Of a stretch of 64,000 bases of DNA, positions 25,758 through 37,747 are shown in pieces. Origin of the DNA: Ascoidea asiatica JCM 7603 (Eukaryota; Fungi; Ascomycota); the NCBI GenBank assembly GCA_001600695.1, contig BCKQ01000008.1, positions 338,569-402,568 of the forward strand, read 5' to 3'. Both the position numbers and the translations under genes were made by a program. Within the stretch, counting starts at the first letter, position 1. Each line of letters starts with the position of its first letter. The notes under the pieces are model-generated. The model was not told the origin of the DNA. It did not search any database and saw nothing but the letters and a program-made list of their open reading frames with translations.

Positions 25758-26510
25758 TTAAGCAGATGGAGTTTCAACAACTTCTTCTTCTTCAACAATT
25801 TCTTCTTCAACAGGTTCTGGAACTGCAACTTGTTTATAATTTTTAACTAAAGGTTCAGGAACTTCTTCTTCATCTTTTGGTTTAATAATATCAACAAAAT
25901 CTGGTAAAGATTTAAGACCAACTTTTCTTTGAGCAGGATCTAACATAATTTTAACTTTAACACCTAAAACACCTTGTCTCATTAAAACATGTCTTGTTGC
26001 AGTATCAATAAAATCTTTTGCAGGTTGACCAGAATGAATCATAAAACCATCATGAAATTTCATAGATTTTGCTCTTGCAGCTCTTAATTTACCACTAATT
26101 ACAACTTCTACACCTTTTGCACCAGATTCCATAACATATCTTACAACCCCATAAGCAGCTCTTCTAATAGCTAAACCATTTAATAATTTAAATTTAAGAG
26201 ATTCAGCTTGTGCAGTTGCTGATAAACCTCTATTTTGAATTCTTTCAGCATATAAAAATAAAGTATTTTTTGCAAATTTAAATCTTTTTTGAACTAAAGA
26301 TGTTAATTCATGAATTCTTCTACCATTTTCACCTAAAATATCTTTTGTTCTAATTGCTCTAATAATAATTTCAGTTTTTGTTGGAGTAATTCTAACTTCA
26401 ACACCAGAATAACCTTCTGCAGCTAATTCTCTTGTAAAAAATTCATTTAATTCTGCGAAAAAAACACCATCAGCTACAAGCTTTCTTTTTTTTGATAAAA
26501 TTTGAACCAT
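25758..26510 (-). CDS. RPS3: 40S ribosomal protein uS3
   Basis: [24 protein letters not shown]...[13 protein letters not shown]...[17 protein letters not shown]. Confidence 0.98.
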   Translation of the reverse strand: MVQILSKKRKLVADGVFFAELNEFFTRELAAEGYSGVEVRITPTKTEIIIRAIRTKDILGENGRRIHELTSLVQKRFKFAKNTLFLYAERIQNRGLSATAQAESLKFKLLNGLAIRRAAYGVVRYVMESGAKGVEVVISGKLRAARAKSMKFHDGFMIHSGQPAKDFIDTATRHVLMRQGVLGVKVKIMLDPAQRKVGLKSLPDFVDIIKPKDEEEVPEPLVKNYKQVAVPEPVEEEIVEEEEVVETPSA

Positions 26511-26762
26511 TTTTAATATATATATATATAATTTTATTAGAAATTAAAGGTAAAATATTAAAATTACTTTTATTATTATTGATATATATTATATTCTAAT
26601 TAAATTAAATGTAATATATTGAAAATTGATTTAATGAAAATTTGATAGTGAATAATAATGTATGGGGAGAGGGAGAGAAAGTATCGGTGGATAGTACCAT
26701 AAGTCTGGTTTCAAAATTGAATTTATTGAATATTAAAAAGATTGTTTGCAAACAAATGTAAA

Positions 26763-26828
26763 TCACGTGCATGTCATGTGTTTAAACACAGGGCTGTACT
26801 ATATAATAAAAAGACGCTGGTAGGGCTA
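26763..26828. promoter_or_regulatory. RPS3 upstream module: Cbf1 site TCACGTG (26763-26769) plus Tbf1-like CAGGGCTG (26789) and TAGGGCTA (26821)
   Basis: Motif matches 250-320 bp upstream of the RPS3 ATG. Confidence 0.6.
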
Positions 26829-26874
26829 CTAAAATGGTGAAAAGATAAAAAAACAAAACAAAAAAAAAAAGAAG

Positions 26875-26993
26875 TGGTCCAGGAGGGGTTCGAACCCACG
26901 ACCGTCGCGTTCCTCACACGACCGTGACATTAACACAAACGTTTGTCATGAACGGTTATAAGCACGAAGCGCTTACCTCTGCGCCACAAGACC
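26875..26993 (-). tRNA. tRNA-Ile(UAU) with 46-nt intron (26956-26911)
   Basis: Minus strand GGTCTTGTGGCGCAGAGGTAAGCGCTTCGTGCT-TAT-A[intron]ACGCGACGGTCGTGGGTTCGAACCCCTCCTGGACCA; anticodon stem TCGTG/CGCGA; oligo-T terminator follows. Confidence 0.95.
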
Positions 26994-27748
26994 AATTCTT
27001 GAAATTCAACTAGCAGAATGAACTGATCATAAGCAAATCAAGTTATTATTAATTAATAGTTGACTCTTGACTGTAACGTTAAGTTTTTTTATTTTTTGTA
27101 TTGAATTGATAAGAGTCTTTTGATATTTTATGTGAAGTTTATTAAAGAATTCATTTAAATGGATGAATTAATTATCAAAATGGTTATGGAATGTTAAGAG
27201 ATGTTAAGAGATGTTAAGATTAAGATTAAGATTGTTGTTAATTGTTTTAATAATGATGATAAAAGGTGAATAATTTAACTAAAATGGAAAGTGAGACAAG
27301 ATAATAAAGAATTGAAAATACGGATATCGTCTAATATTTAGTCTATTTTAGGTTATTGTAGGTTATTGTAGTCAATACTCGAGTAATATTGTATATGATT
27401 TATTAGAATATTATGAAACGAGAATTGGCTTAGAATATATTAAAATTAAATATTTAGATAAATAATAGAGTAAATGAGATTATATATTAAATATTTACTC
27501 GTAACTTGATTCCTAATAACTTGATTCTAGTGTAATTAATTAATTAATTAATTTATTGATTAATTAGGGGTAAAATAATTTATAAATGGATTTTTTATAA
27601 ATGGAATAATAAATGGATATAAAAAGAATGAAATCCATTATGTTTTTGAATTGAATATGATTGTAATATACTATACAATTAATACAATATAATACAATAT
27701 AATACAATACAAGGTAATATAATAGATAAGAGATAATAGATAATAAAA

Positions 27749-28030
27749 ATGCAAATTGAAGTTAAAAAAATAATTTTATCAAGTTTAATAATTTTAAATT
27801 TATCAAAAGCAGTTACAATTAATGTAACAGAAACAGTTACTGGAAATACATTATCTACAATTACAGAAACTGATTGTACAGCATGTATAACAAAAACTTC
27901 ATCAAATTATTCTATTAGTACATATATTGCTGGTGTTAATGGTAATAATGATTATAATATTTTAAATTCTAAATCATATTTTGCTTTTGGTAGTTTAATT
28001 ATTGCAGGTGTTGGTTTATTAGGTTTATAA
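27749..28030 (+). CDS. Small secreted, probably GPI-anchored Ser/Thr-rich cell-wall protein
   Basis: N-terminal hydrophobic signal, TITETDCTAC motif, C-terminal hydrophobic tail (FGSLIIAGVGLLGL); TATA-like tataaaaa and AAAAATG context. Confidence 0.75.
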   Translation: MQIEVKKIILSSLIILNLSKAVTINVTETVTGNTLSTITETDCTACITKTSSNYSISTYIAGVNGNNDYNILNSKSYFAFGSLIIAGVGLLGL

Positions 28031-29129
28031 TAAGTTTAATAATTATTGTTTTATTTACTGACTGACTGACTGACTGACTTTTAATTCTTTTATTTCAGTG
28101 ATTTTTTTATCTTTTTTATCAGCTTTATTTTTTTTATTTATTTTTCTTTATTATTATTATTATTATTTGGTTTCTTTAATAGTTTTTAATATTTTTACTT
28201 AATCTGGTGGGTTTTATTCATTGCTTAATGAATGATATAAAATTGAATTCTTACTTTCTTACTTTCTTACTTTCTTACTCTCTTCTTTTCCTTTATTTAT
28301 AAGTCTTTAGAATCAATAAATTCATAACTGTTATCCATTTACTTTTAATAACAGTATTAAGTTAAAATTATTATTTCTTTATTGAAATAAATAATATCCT
28401 TGTCATGTGACTCGTCGGAGATCAACATCGCGGGTCTTCTGTTCCTGAGCAATCTCGAACTTTTCGAATAAAAAACATTTCAGGAACAGCAGCAAAAGCA
28501 ACAGCAACAAGAACACCACCTCTAACACCACCGCAAGCAACTCCAGCAAAAGCATTCCGCACGAGCTGGCAAACTTTGCCGTGCCACCTTTCAAGAATGT
28601 GCCCCCTGCGCCGCTGAGTACCACGCTGTGTTTAGTTGCACCGACACGGCCACCCGACGCGGCTCTCCACGCGCCTTGGCCACTGGACCCGTCTCTTTGG
28701 TACCTGCTGACTTGCGGTGTTGTTCCCCCAGGACACCCGTCCGTACTTGAATACACTTCCGTCCCTGCCTCCATAGCTGTTGTGTCCCATTGTTCGGTGT
28801 AAAATGAGTCCATTTCTCAGATATACTACGAGTTATTTCATTATTTCTTTATTTCATTATTTCATTACTATTTCAAATATCTTAAACCTCTTTAAGTCCT
28901 TTTATTTCAACTAAATTCTTTTTTTTTTTCAATTCTATTCTTAATTCTGATTTTGATTCTAATTCTAATTCTATTTCTTAAATTTAATCTTATTATTTAT
29001 TATTTCAATAAAACTTACACTATTGTATCATATAATAATAATATTCAACCCTATTATATCCTTTGATAACCTATATATTATATATATCTTATCATATCTT
29101 ATCATATAACATTAATTCAATAACTTAAA

Positions 29130-29696
29130 ATGAGAAGTATTAAATGTGTAGTTGTTGGTGATGGTGCTGTTGGTAAAACATGTCTTTTAATATCTTATAC
29201 AACAAATACTTTCCCACATGATTATATTCCAACAGTTTTTGATAATTATTCTGCAAATGTAATGGTTGATGGTCAACCAATTAAATTAGGACTTTGGGAT
29301 ACTGCAGGTCAAGAAGAATATGATAGATTAAGACCTTTATCATATCCACAAACTGAAGTTTTTTTAATTTGTTTTTCAATTGTTGAACCTTCTTCATTTG
29401 CAAATGTTAAAGCAAAATGGATTCCAGAAATTAGACAACATTCAACAAAAGATATTTCAATATTATTAGTTGGTACTAAATTAGATTTAAGAGATGATCC
29501 TCATACTTTAGATAGATTAAGAGAACATGGTAATGAACCAATTTCAACAATTCAAGGTTCAAAATGTTCAAAAGAATTAAATTGTGTTGAATATTTAGAA
29601 TGTTCTGCAGCTACTCAACAAGGTGTTAAAGATGTTTTTGATGCTGCTATTAAAGCTGTTATAGATCCTCCTCAATTTGATGATTATAATAATTTA

Positions 29697-29738
<42 letters not shown>

Positions 29739-29873
29739 CAAAATAATAATAATAATAATAATAATCAAAATAATTTAAATAATTCAAATTCTCAAAATAA
29801 TTCAAAATCAAATAATGGTCATCGTTCAAGTACAAGAAGATCAAGAAAGAAACCAAAATGTATAATCTTATAA
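29130..29873 (+). CDS. RHO5: Rac1/Rho5-type small GTPase with poly-Asn hypervariable region
   Basis: [44 protein letters not shown], polybasic tail plus CAAX (CIIL). Lies near RPS3, as RHO5 does in S. cerevisiae; called RAC1 in Candida. Confidence 0.85.
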
Positions 29874-29943
29874 TCTTATAATCTTATAATCTAATCTAAT
29901 CTAATCTAATCTAATCTTATCTTATAGTCTTATAATATTCCCT

Positions 29944-30063
29944 AATCACCTATTCAATCACCTATTCAATCACCTATTCAATCACCTATTCAATCACCTA
30001 TTCAATCACCTATTCAATCACCTATTCAATCACCTATTCAATCACCTATTCAATCACCCATTT
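29944..30063. repeat. 12-bp minisatellite (AATCACCTATTC) x9 perfect plus one degenerate copy
   Basis: Read directly; lies just 3' of the GTPase stop codon. Confidence 0.97.
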
Positions 30064-30265
30064 AATCAATCAATTAATCATTTCATTTAATTATTATAAG
30101 ACTCTTTTAATTGAATTTAATTTTAGTTTATTTATCTTCTAGTTTATTAATTAATCCATTATTTAATTATTTAATCCTTTTTTTTATCCAGTTTTTATTA
30201 TTATTAATCTTGTTTTATTTTACAGTATCTAACTTGACTTTTTATATTATCTTAAATAATCTTAC

Positions 30266-30315
30266 TTTAATTTAATTTAATTTAATTTAATTTAATTTAA
30301 TTTAATTTAATTTAA
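30266..30315. repeat. (TTTAA)10 microsatellite
   Basis: Read directly from the sequence. Confidence 0.95.
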
Positions 30316-30695
30316 TTTGAATTAATATATTTTCGTATTTACTTATCTACTTATCTACTTATATACTTATATACTTAATTACTTATTTACTTATTTACTT
30401 GTTAGTTTCTTTGTTTGTTTGTCTGTTTTTTTATTATTTCTTCTTCTTTATTAATTTGTCGATGTTTTTATTTATTTACTCTTCTATTTTCTATTTTCAT
30501 TTATTTATAAAAATTATGCTTTTAATTTAAATATACTACTTATTTCTTTCAAATTTCTGATATTTTTTAAAAAAAATAATATAAAAATATAAAAAAAATA
30601 TAATCTATAATCTCTAAACTTTAAACTAAAACTAAAACTAAAACTAAAACTATATAAACAGTATATAGAAAATATAAAGTAAATAATTCAAACAT

Positions 30696-30723
30696 TCATT
30701 TATTGATTTTCACTTTCTTATTC

Positions 30724-30766
<43 letters not shown>

Positions 30767-31520
30767 GATATTCTAATTTTATTGGCGATTTTTCATTATT
30801 ATCATTGGATATTGGTAAATATAAATTATCATTAGATATAGGTGATATAATTGGTGTTAATCCATTTCTTGAAGAATTTGATGATCCATAATAATCACTA
30901 CCTAATGATGATCCAATTAATCTAATTCCATAATCTTCAAATTTTTTATCTTCTTTATTAACTTCACTTATTTTTCTTTTATCCCTTAATAATGATATAT
31001 TTCTTCTTAAATTTTTATCATTAAAATATTTATTTCCATTTAAATAATCATTTCTAAATCCCATTAATTTAAATAATTCTTCTGGTTCTTTATTTAAAGA
31101 TTCTTCTTCTTTTTTAATATTAATTTCATTTGCACTAAAATAACTTGATTTACTTGATTGAGAATTTAATGATACTGCACTTATACTAAATTTTCTCTCA
31201 TTTTTTCTATTATTAGATTTTTTAAAAGTCATATCTCTTTCATCTGATTTATTTTCTGAAATATTTCTAATTTCAGGTGATGGAATAAATCCAATTTCTT
31301 GTTCATTAATTTCATTATTATTCAATTCATTTATTGAACTTCTAATAGATTCATTATCAATTTCAATTCTTGTTGAAATTGGCGATAATTCAATTGGATT
31401 ATATTGTTCATTAATTCCATTAAAAATTTCATTAAATTCTTCTTCAATATCAATTGAATCTGAAAGATTTCCGGTTGGTACTTCTTCTAAATCATTTTCA
31501 ATAATAAAATCATTCATTGA

Positions 31521-31561
<41 letters not shown>

Positions 31562-33305
31562 CATTATCAGTAATATCTATATCTTGAAATCTATTATTAT
31601 TTAAATTATTTTCTACATCAATTAAATTATCAAAATTTGGACTTTCAATATAATTAATATTAATACCATTAGAAATAATATTATTGGTACTATTATTATC
31701 ATTATCATTATTAATAATATTATGATTATTATCTCTATTTAAATTTGCTAGAGAAGTTTCAATATAATTATCTCTCCTTATTGGAATAACTCTTGTTGGA
31801 TTTAAATTTGAAATATTATTAATTTCAGAACCTGATGTAGGTGGATGAGAATTTGTTGAAATTTCATATTCTGCATTTGGATCTAAATCAAAATGAGGAT
31901 TATTACTATTTTGCATTGAAGTATTTGGATAATAAATATTATTAAAACTTTCAGATCTTGATAAAAATTCTAATGAATTACTATTTCTCTGAAAATGAGA
32001 ATTATTACCACGATTATTATGTTGTTGATAACGATTAAGATCATTATTATTATTATGGATACTATCTCCGATTGAGTTATGAATTGAATTGTGAATTGAA
32101 TTTTGAATGGAATTGTGAATTGAATTATGACGAGAATTTGGAAAAGAAAATGGAGTTGTAGGAATTGGGTTAAATTCTAAATTTGGAGGTAAAAGATCTC
32201 TATTTATACTATATCTATTAAAAGAAGAGTTTGAATTGTATGTTGGTCTTCTTGAAATACTTGTAGAGTTTAAATTTAGATCATGTTGATTTGTATGAAA
32301 GTTTCTATTATGATGAAATCTTCTAGTTATATAATTTGTTGAAATTGCTCTTCTTATTGTTGGAGCAGAATTTAAATCAGGGATTGAAATATTTGAAGTG
32401 GTATTTATTGTAGGAATTTGAGAATTATGATGATTGTTATTATTACTATTATTACGAGTAGAGGTTGTTGCTGTGTGTCGTATTGGTCTAATTAATCTTC
32501 TATAAATCCTTCTTAATCTATTAATATTATTTGATGAAGAATCTGAATTACTAATATTATTATTATTATTATTATTGGTGTTCAAAGAAGGAGTTATCAT
32601 TGAGGGTTGTAATAAATTTGGAGTTGAATTTAAATTTGTTTGTGTTGAAGGTAAAATAATATTTGATTGTGGGATTGAGAATCTACTATTAGATCTTTGT
32701 AATTCGATATGAGAAGAATAATCATTTGCTCTGAATCTTTGTAAGATTTCATTATTATTATTATAAATTTCATTATAACTTGATCTTGAATTAATTCTAT
32801 CTAATTCAGCTTGAGAATGATTATTAAGAGAATTCGATAAATGAAGATTAAATAATAAAGAATTCAAATCATCATCATTATTTATACCGATATTATTAGA
32901 TTGATCACCACCATTAAAAAATCGATCAATTTGATTAATATTATCTAGATTATTATCATTTGAATGATTTGTATTATGATTATTTCTATTAGTATTAAGT
33001 CTTGATAGGTTAATTTGAATATCTTGATCATCATGAGCAATGAAAGAGAAATTTCTAGATAAATCACCATTAACATTTAAATCATTGTTATTATTGTTAT
33101 TATTATTACTGATAATATTGAGACTGGCTACCGGAGAGGAATTTGGATATGCAATTCTTTTATTTAACTTGTATTTTGAAGAATTACTTGCAGTTCTTTT
33201 TGAAGATAGAATTGAATTTCTATTTTTATTTGAAAAAGTATCATGATAATCTAAAATTGTAGTGGTTACCTTTGTTGGTGTGACAAATATATTTGAATGA
33301 AACAT
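30696..33305 (-). CDS. Hypothetical low-complexity (N/S/I-rich) protein, 869 aa
   Basis: Long open frame with genome-typical codon bias; no recognisable domain. Confidence 0.7.
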
Positions 33306-33732
33306 TATTCAAATGACATTAAAAAAAAAATATCAAAGAAGTTGAAGGTTGAATTGAGAGAAAAAAGAGTGAATAAAACACATAGTTGAAATTAACAACT
33401 TTGATATATTGAGTATGTGATTAACTAATATTAACCAATACTGTTTTACTATTGTTCGATATCCTCCAGTATTAAGACACATTCAATCTCTTTCACAATC
33501 ATTTTCCACTCAGATATCGTCGATTATCGTTCTTATTAGTCTATTTCTCTGTTCTGGATTGTTTGTTTTGTTTTGCTTTGAGATTCATCATCATTTGTTT
33601 GTTTGTTTATTTATTTATTTTATTTATTACGAAGAAGAAATAAAGTTTAGGAACAAAGCCATTACACAAAATAGAAAAAGGCAAAAAGGGGCGCCGTCGG
33701 TGTGGTCTCTGTGGTCTCACCCAGAACAAATC

Positions 33733-35310
33733 CTAAATTTCAGAGAGCATGATTCTTCTGAAGTTATCACAGACTTTGTTGAATTGAATAAGTTCATTCT
33801 CTTCATCTTTGGAATCAAAAATACCTTTGTCAAAGATAGCAGTGATATTCAAACCAGATTTTTCAGTTGTGATAACTGCTAATATAATCGAACCTGAGAT
33901 AACTCCAATATCAGAAGTAAAGATTAAATCATCAATTTGAAAAGAATTTTCATCTTTGAATTCATTTTTATAAAAACCAATATTTGAAACTCTGAAATCA
34001 TTTACTTTAGGTTTATGTAAAGCACCCATTAACATTTTTTCAATTGAATCAATTTTAGCATTATTTTTTATTCTTAAACCAACTGAATTTTTAATTAAAT
34101 TAGGTAAATCATTAATTAATTTTGCTCTTTTATCATTAAATATCTTTGAAAATTCCCAATTAAAATTGAAATCTGATTTTGATTTAATTTCTTCTTCATT
34201 TTTATTTTCATTTTTATCTTCTTCAGTAGTGAAACTTTTTAAAAAATCTTCAGTTTTTAATTTAAAAAATCCTAAAGCAGGATATGAACCAAAAGTTAAA
34301 TTTTCATTTTCATTTTCAGTACCTTTAATTAATGATTGAATATAATTTCTAGTATTAACTGGAATTGCAACTGTTGGTAAATATTCTGGAAAATCTTCTA
34401 AATCTTTGATATAATCTTTGAAAGCAAATAATAAACATGAATAAATATATGAATCTAATTTGATATTCAATTTTTTACAATTTTTAAGAATAATATTCTT
34501 AAGGTCAATACTTGAAAAATTCATTAATTTATAATTGGCAGTTATATCATATTCATTTGGAATATTGTTTAAGTTGAAAACTTGTTCATTATTATTACTT
34601 TTAGTTTTATTTGAAATAGAAACAGATGATGTTGGAGAAGGAGGAGGAGGTATATCAGACTTTAAATTTAAAACATCAATTAAATTATCATAAGATTTTG
34701 GTAATTTACTTAAAATCTTATAATCTTTTTTTAAATTAAAAATCTCAGTTTCATTAATATCAATATCTTCAGAGATATTTTCAAATAAATCATTTAAATT
34801 TTTTGGATCATTTAATTCTTTCAATATTTCATTTTGAAAAGAAACACAGGCAACACCATCATTTAAATGATCTGTTAAAAAAATTAAAAATTGATCATTT
34901 AAAACAATTAATTTCCAAAATGGTTTATCTTTTAAATTTCTGGAAATTTTAGTAAAATCATTATTTTTACATAAATATTTCATTAATTCTTCATTAATTG
35001 AATTACCTGAACTTAAATTTGTTGTAAATTCAGGATTATTTATAAATTCAATTAATGTTGAAAATTTTATACTATCACAAGATTTTAGATAAAATTCATT
35101 TTCATTATTATTATTATTTTCTTTAATTACAGTTAATGTAAGATAAGAATTTTTCAAAATTAAATTTCTTAAAGAATTATAAATTAATTTTTTATTATCA
35201 ATTTTTTTATTCAATTTTGAAATTAACATTATTGTTTTTTGAAAACCAAGATTGTTAAATGCAACCCAGAATGATTCTGCATGACCAACTTTTCTTTTAT
35301 AATTTTCCAT
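33733..35310 (-). CDS. Alcohol O-acetyltransferase / Sli1-like CoA-dependent acyltransferase family protein
   Basis: RKVGHAESF N-terminus, KPFWKLIVL, DHLNDG (HxxxDG-like), IPVNTR, FRVSNIG, IDDLIFTS. Confidence 0.75.
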   Translation of the reverse strand: MENYKRKVGHAESFWVAFNNLGFQKTIMLISKLNKKIDNKKLIYNSLRNLILKNSYLTLTVIKENNNNNENEFYLKSCDSIKFSTLIEFINNPEFTTNLSSGNSINEELMKYLCKNNDFTKISRNLKDKPFWKLIVLNDQFLIFLTDHLNDGVACVSFQNEILKELNDPKNLNDLFENISEDIDINETEIFNLKKDYKILSKLPKSYDNLIDVLNLKSDIPPPPSPTSSVSISNKTKSNNNEQVFNLNNIPNEYDITANYKLMNFSSIDLKNIILKNCKKLNIKLDSYIYSCLLFAFKDYIKDLEDFPEYLPTVAIPVNTRNYIQSLIKGTENENENLTFGSYPALGFFKLKTEDFLKSFTTEEDKNENKNEEEIKSKSDFNFNWEFSKIFNDKRAKLINDLPNLIKNSVGLRIKNNAKIDSIEKMLMGALHKPKVNDFRVSNIGFYKNEFKDENSFQIDDLIFTSDIGVISGSIILAVITTEKSGLNITAIFDKGIFDSKDEENELIQFNKVCDNFRRIMLSEI

Positions 35311-36001
35311 ATTGATAACCTAAATTGTATTTGATAATAGAATTGATTAAATTTTTATTGAAATTATCCTTTATTAATTGAAAATTTATAAAATTATAAA
35401 GTATAAAACATTTTTAAAAAGCAGATTTTAAAAGTTTATATACTTTATCATTTTCACATTTAATACTCAACTTAAAACTGTTCTTATTCTTAGAGAAAAG
35501 CTAACCTGTAACTGTATGAGTTTAATTAATGAATAATTGTTTGAATTGAAAATAACTGGTTAAAGTTAAAGATTATCTTAAGTCAAATAGCCATAATAAC
35601 CAAATTGGTGACTGAGTAAAGCTAACAAAAGAAAAGAATAAAACTTTGGGACGAGTGAAATTATTTTGGAGCCAAAACAAACTTATTTTAAAGTTACCAA
35701 TTAACAATTTGCCAATTTTGAAGTTTTCCTGAGTTTGTCCCACAACGCCGGATTTGTGGGAGCTCTTAAATTAGAGACCACGTTTGTGGATGTTAATGAG
35801 TTGGGGTTGTGAACTTGCCACACGGGGGTCTAAACTTGCGCCTCAGTTTAGAGGTTTGTTATTGATTCTTGAAAAAAATAAATTTTTTTTTTGATGAAAT
35901 ACATGAAAATTGGATTATTCACGAAATACTGATAAGAAAATAGAATCAATCTTAGGATAGACTATTCATTTTTACATTTTTATCCAGTTATACTATAAGA
36001 A

Positions 36002-37423
36002 ATGAGTAAGCACAGTACAGATAATAATCTTTCAGGAGATGAATCATCTGAAAATGATACTATTCAAAAACACGAAAAGAAAATAAAAGATAAATCAAGT
36101 AAAAAAAAACATTCTAAAATACATCACAATGAAAAGGAAACAGATTTTGAAACAAAAGTAAAAGAAGAAAATTTCGAGGCAAAAATAAAAGAAGAAGACT
36201 CTGATACAATATTGAAAGAAGAGAGAAAGAAAGAAAAGAAGGACAAAAAAGACAAAAAAGACAAAAAAGACAAAAAAGACAAAAAAGACAAAAAAGATAA
36301 AAAAGAAAGTAAAAAGAGAAAAAGATCAGTAAAAGAAGAAGAAATTGAAATCGATTTAAATGAACCAAAACCTTTATCTAAAAAAGAAAAGAGATTGGCG
36401 AAAAAAGGGAAATTAGATTTAAAAGAAAGAGTAAAAGAAGAAAAATTAGAAATTAAAAAAATTAATGATATTAAAGAAAAAAATGATAATAAAGAAATCA
36501 AAGAATTAAAGGCTAAAGATGATGATGCAAAATCTGTATGGATTGGAAATTTATCATTTTCAACATCAAGACTTGATTTAATAAAATTTTTATCAAGTAA
36601 TCTTCCTCCTAATGAATTTAAAGAATCTGATATTTCAAAAATAAATTTACCTACAAATAAATTTAATAGTAAAAATAATAAAGGATTTTGTTATATACAT
36701 TTCAAAACAAAAGAAATTATAGAATCTGTATTAAAATTAAGTGAAAGAGAACTTGATGGTAGAAATTTATTAATTAAAAAAGCTGATGATTTTACAAATA
36801 GTCGTAGTAGAGCAGATAAATTAGATTTAATTAAAATACAAAAAAATGAACCTTCAAGAACTTTATTTATTGGAAATTTACCTTTTGATGTTACACAATC
36901 TATAATTGAAAGTTTTTTTATAAGATGTGGTGAAATTGTTAAAGTTAGATTAGGTACATTTGAAGATACTGGAAAATGTAAAGGTTGGTGTTTTGTTGAT
37001 TTTAAAGAAATTGAAAGTTGTACTGCAGCTTTAACAAATAAAGAATATAGAGAAATAAATGGTAGAAGATTAAAATTAGAATATGGTGAAGATAGAAGTA
37101 AAAAAACTCCAAGAAGATTTCAAAATTTACCTGAGGGTAAAATTACTGAAAAAGAAAATTTTTCTTCTGAAAATAACAATAACAATAACAATAACTATAA
37201 TAATGATAATAACTATAATGGTAATAACTTTAGAGATAATCAATCTGATAATTTTAGAGAAAAATCAAAATCCAATTTCAATTCAAGATCAACTAATGGA
37301 TATAAAGAAAGACCAACTAAAACATTTAGAGAAAGGCCTGCTTCAAGTGTTTTGTTAGCTAATGCTCAAAGAGCTTCTGCAGCTATAGTGCCTTCTAGAG
37401 GTAAGAGAATCAAATTCGATTAA
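36002..37423 (+). CDS. NOP13: Nucleolar two-RRM protein with KKD repeats
   Basis: VWIGNLSF / NKGFCYIHF and LFIGNLPFD / KVRLGTFEDTGKCKGWCFVDF RRMs; C-terminal ANAQRASAAIVPSRGKRIKFD. Confidence 0.88.
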   Translation: MSKHSTDNNLSGDESSENDTIQKHEKKIKDKSSKKKHSKIHHNEKETDFETKVKEENFEAKIKEEDSDTILKEERKKEKKDKKDKKDKKDKKDKKDKKDKKESKKRKRSVKEEEIEIDLNEPKPLSKKEKRLAKKGKLDLKERVKEEKLEIKKINDIKEKNDNKEIKELKAKDDDAKSVWIGNLSFSTSRLDLIKFLSSNLPPNEFKESDISKINLPTNKFNSKNNKGFCYIHFKTKEIIESVLKLSERELDGRNLLIKKADDFTNSRSRADKLDLIKIQKNEPSRTLFIGNLPFDVTQSIIESFFIRCGEIVKVRLGTFEDTGKCKGWCFVDFKEIESCTAALTNKEYREINGRRLKLEYGEDRSKKTPRRFQNLPEGKITEKENFSSENNNNNNNNYNNDNNYNGNNFRDNQSDNFREKSKSNFNSRSTNGYKERPTKTFRERPASSVLLANAQRASAAIVPSRGKRIKFD

Positions 37424-37747
37424 ATAATTTTCTTTTTTATAGTCGATTCATCGTTGATCTTCAATGATCATCTACAAATAGTAAGTTTGTTTTTTTTTCA
37501 TTTAAAGAGATACGTATTAAATAAATTATAATTATTTTGGTATATGTATTAGTATATGTATTGTTTCATTTAATCAATATGTTTTGTAAAGAATAGATAA
37601 TTAAAAAAAAACAGATTTTATATAAGTTTAAATAAGGTCATGGTAGTGTATAATTTTTTTCTAAATGAATCTATATATACTGTATATATATATGTATTTA
37701 TTATTAAATCCAGGAATAAATCTTAGTTTCTAGAAAATTTCTTTATT

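Noticed and set aside
28403-28813. 136-aa minus-strand and 73-aa plus-strand ORFs
   Set aside because: Codon usage is opposite to all real genes here and there is no recognisable domain; kept only as an island finding.
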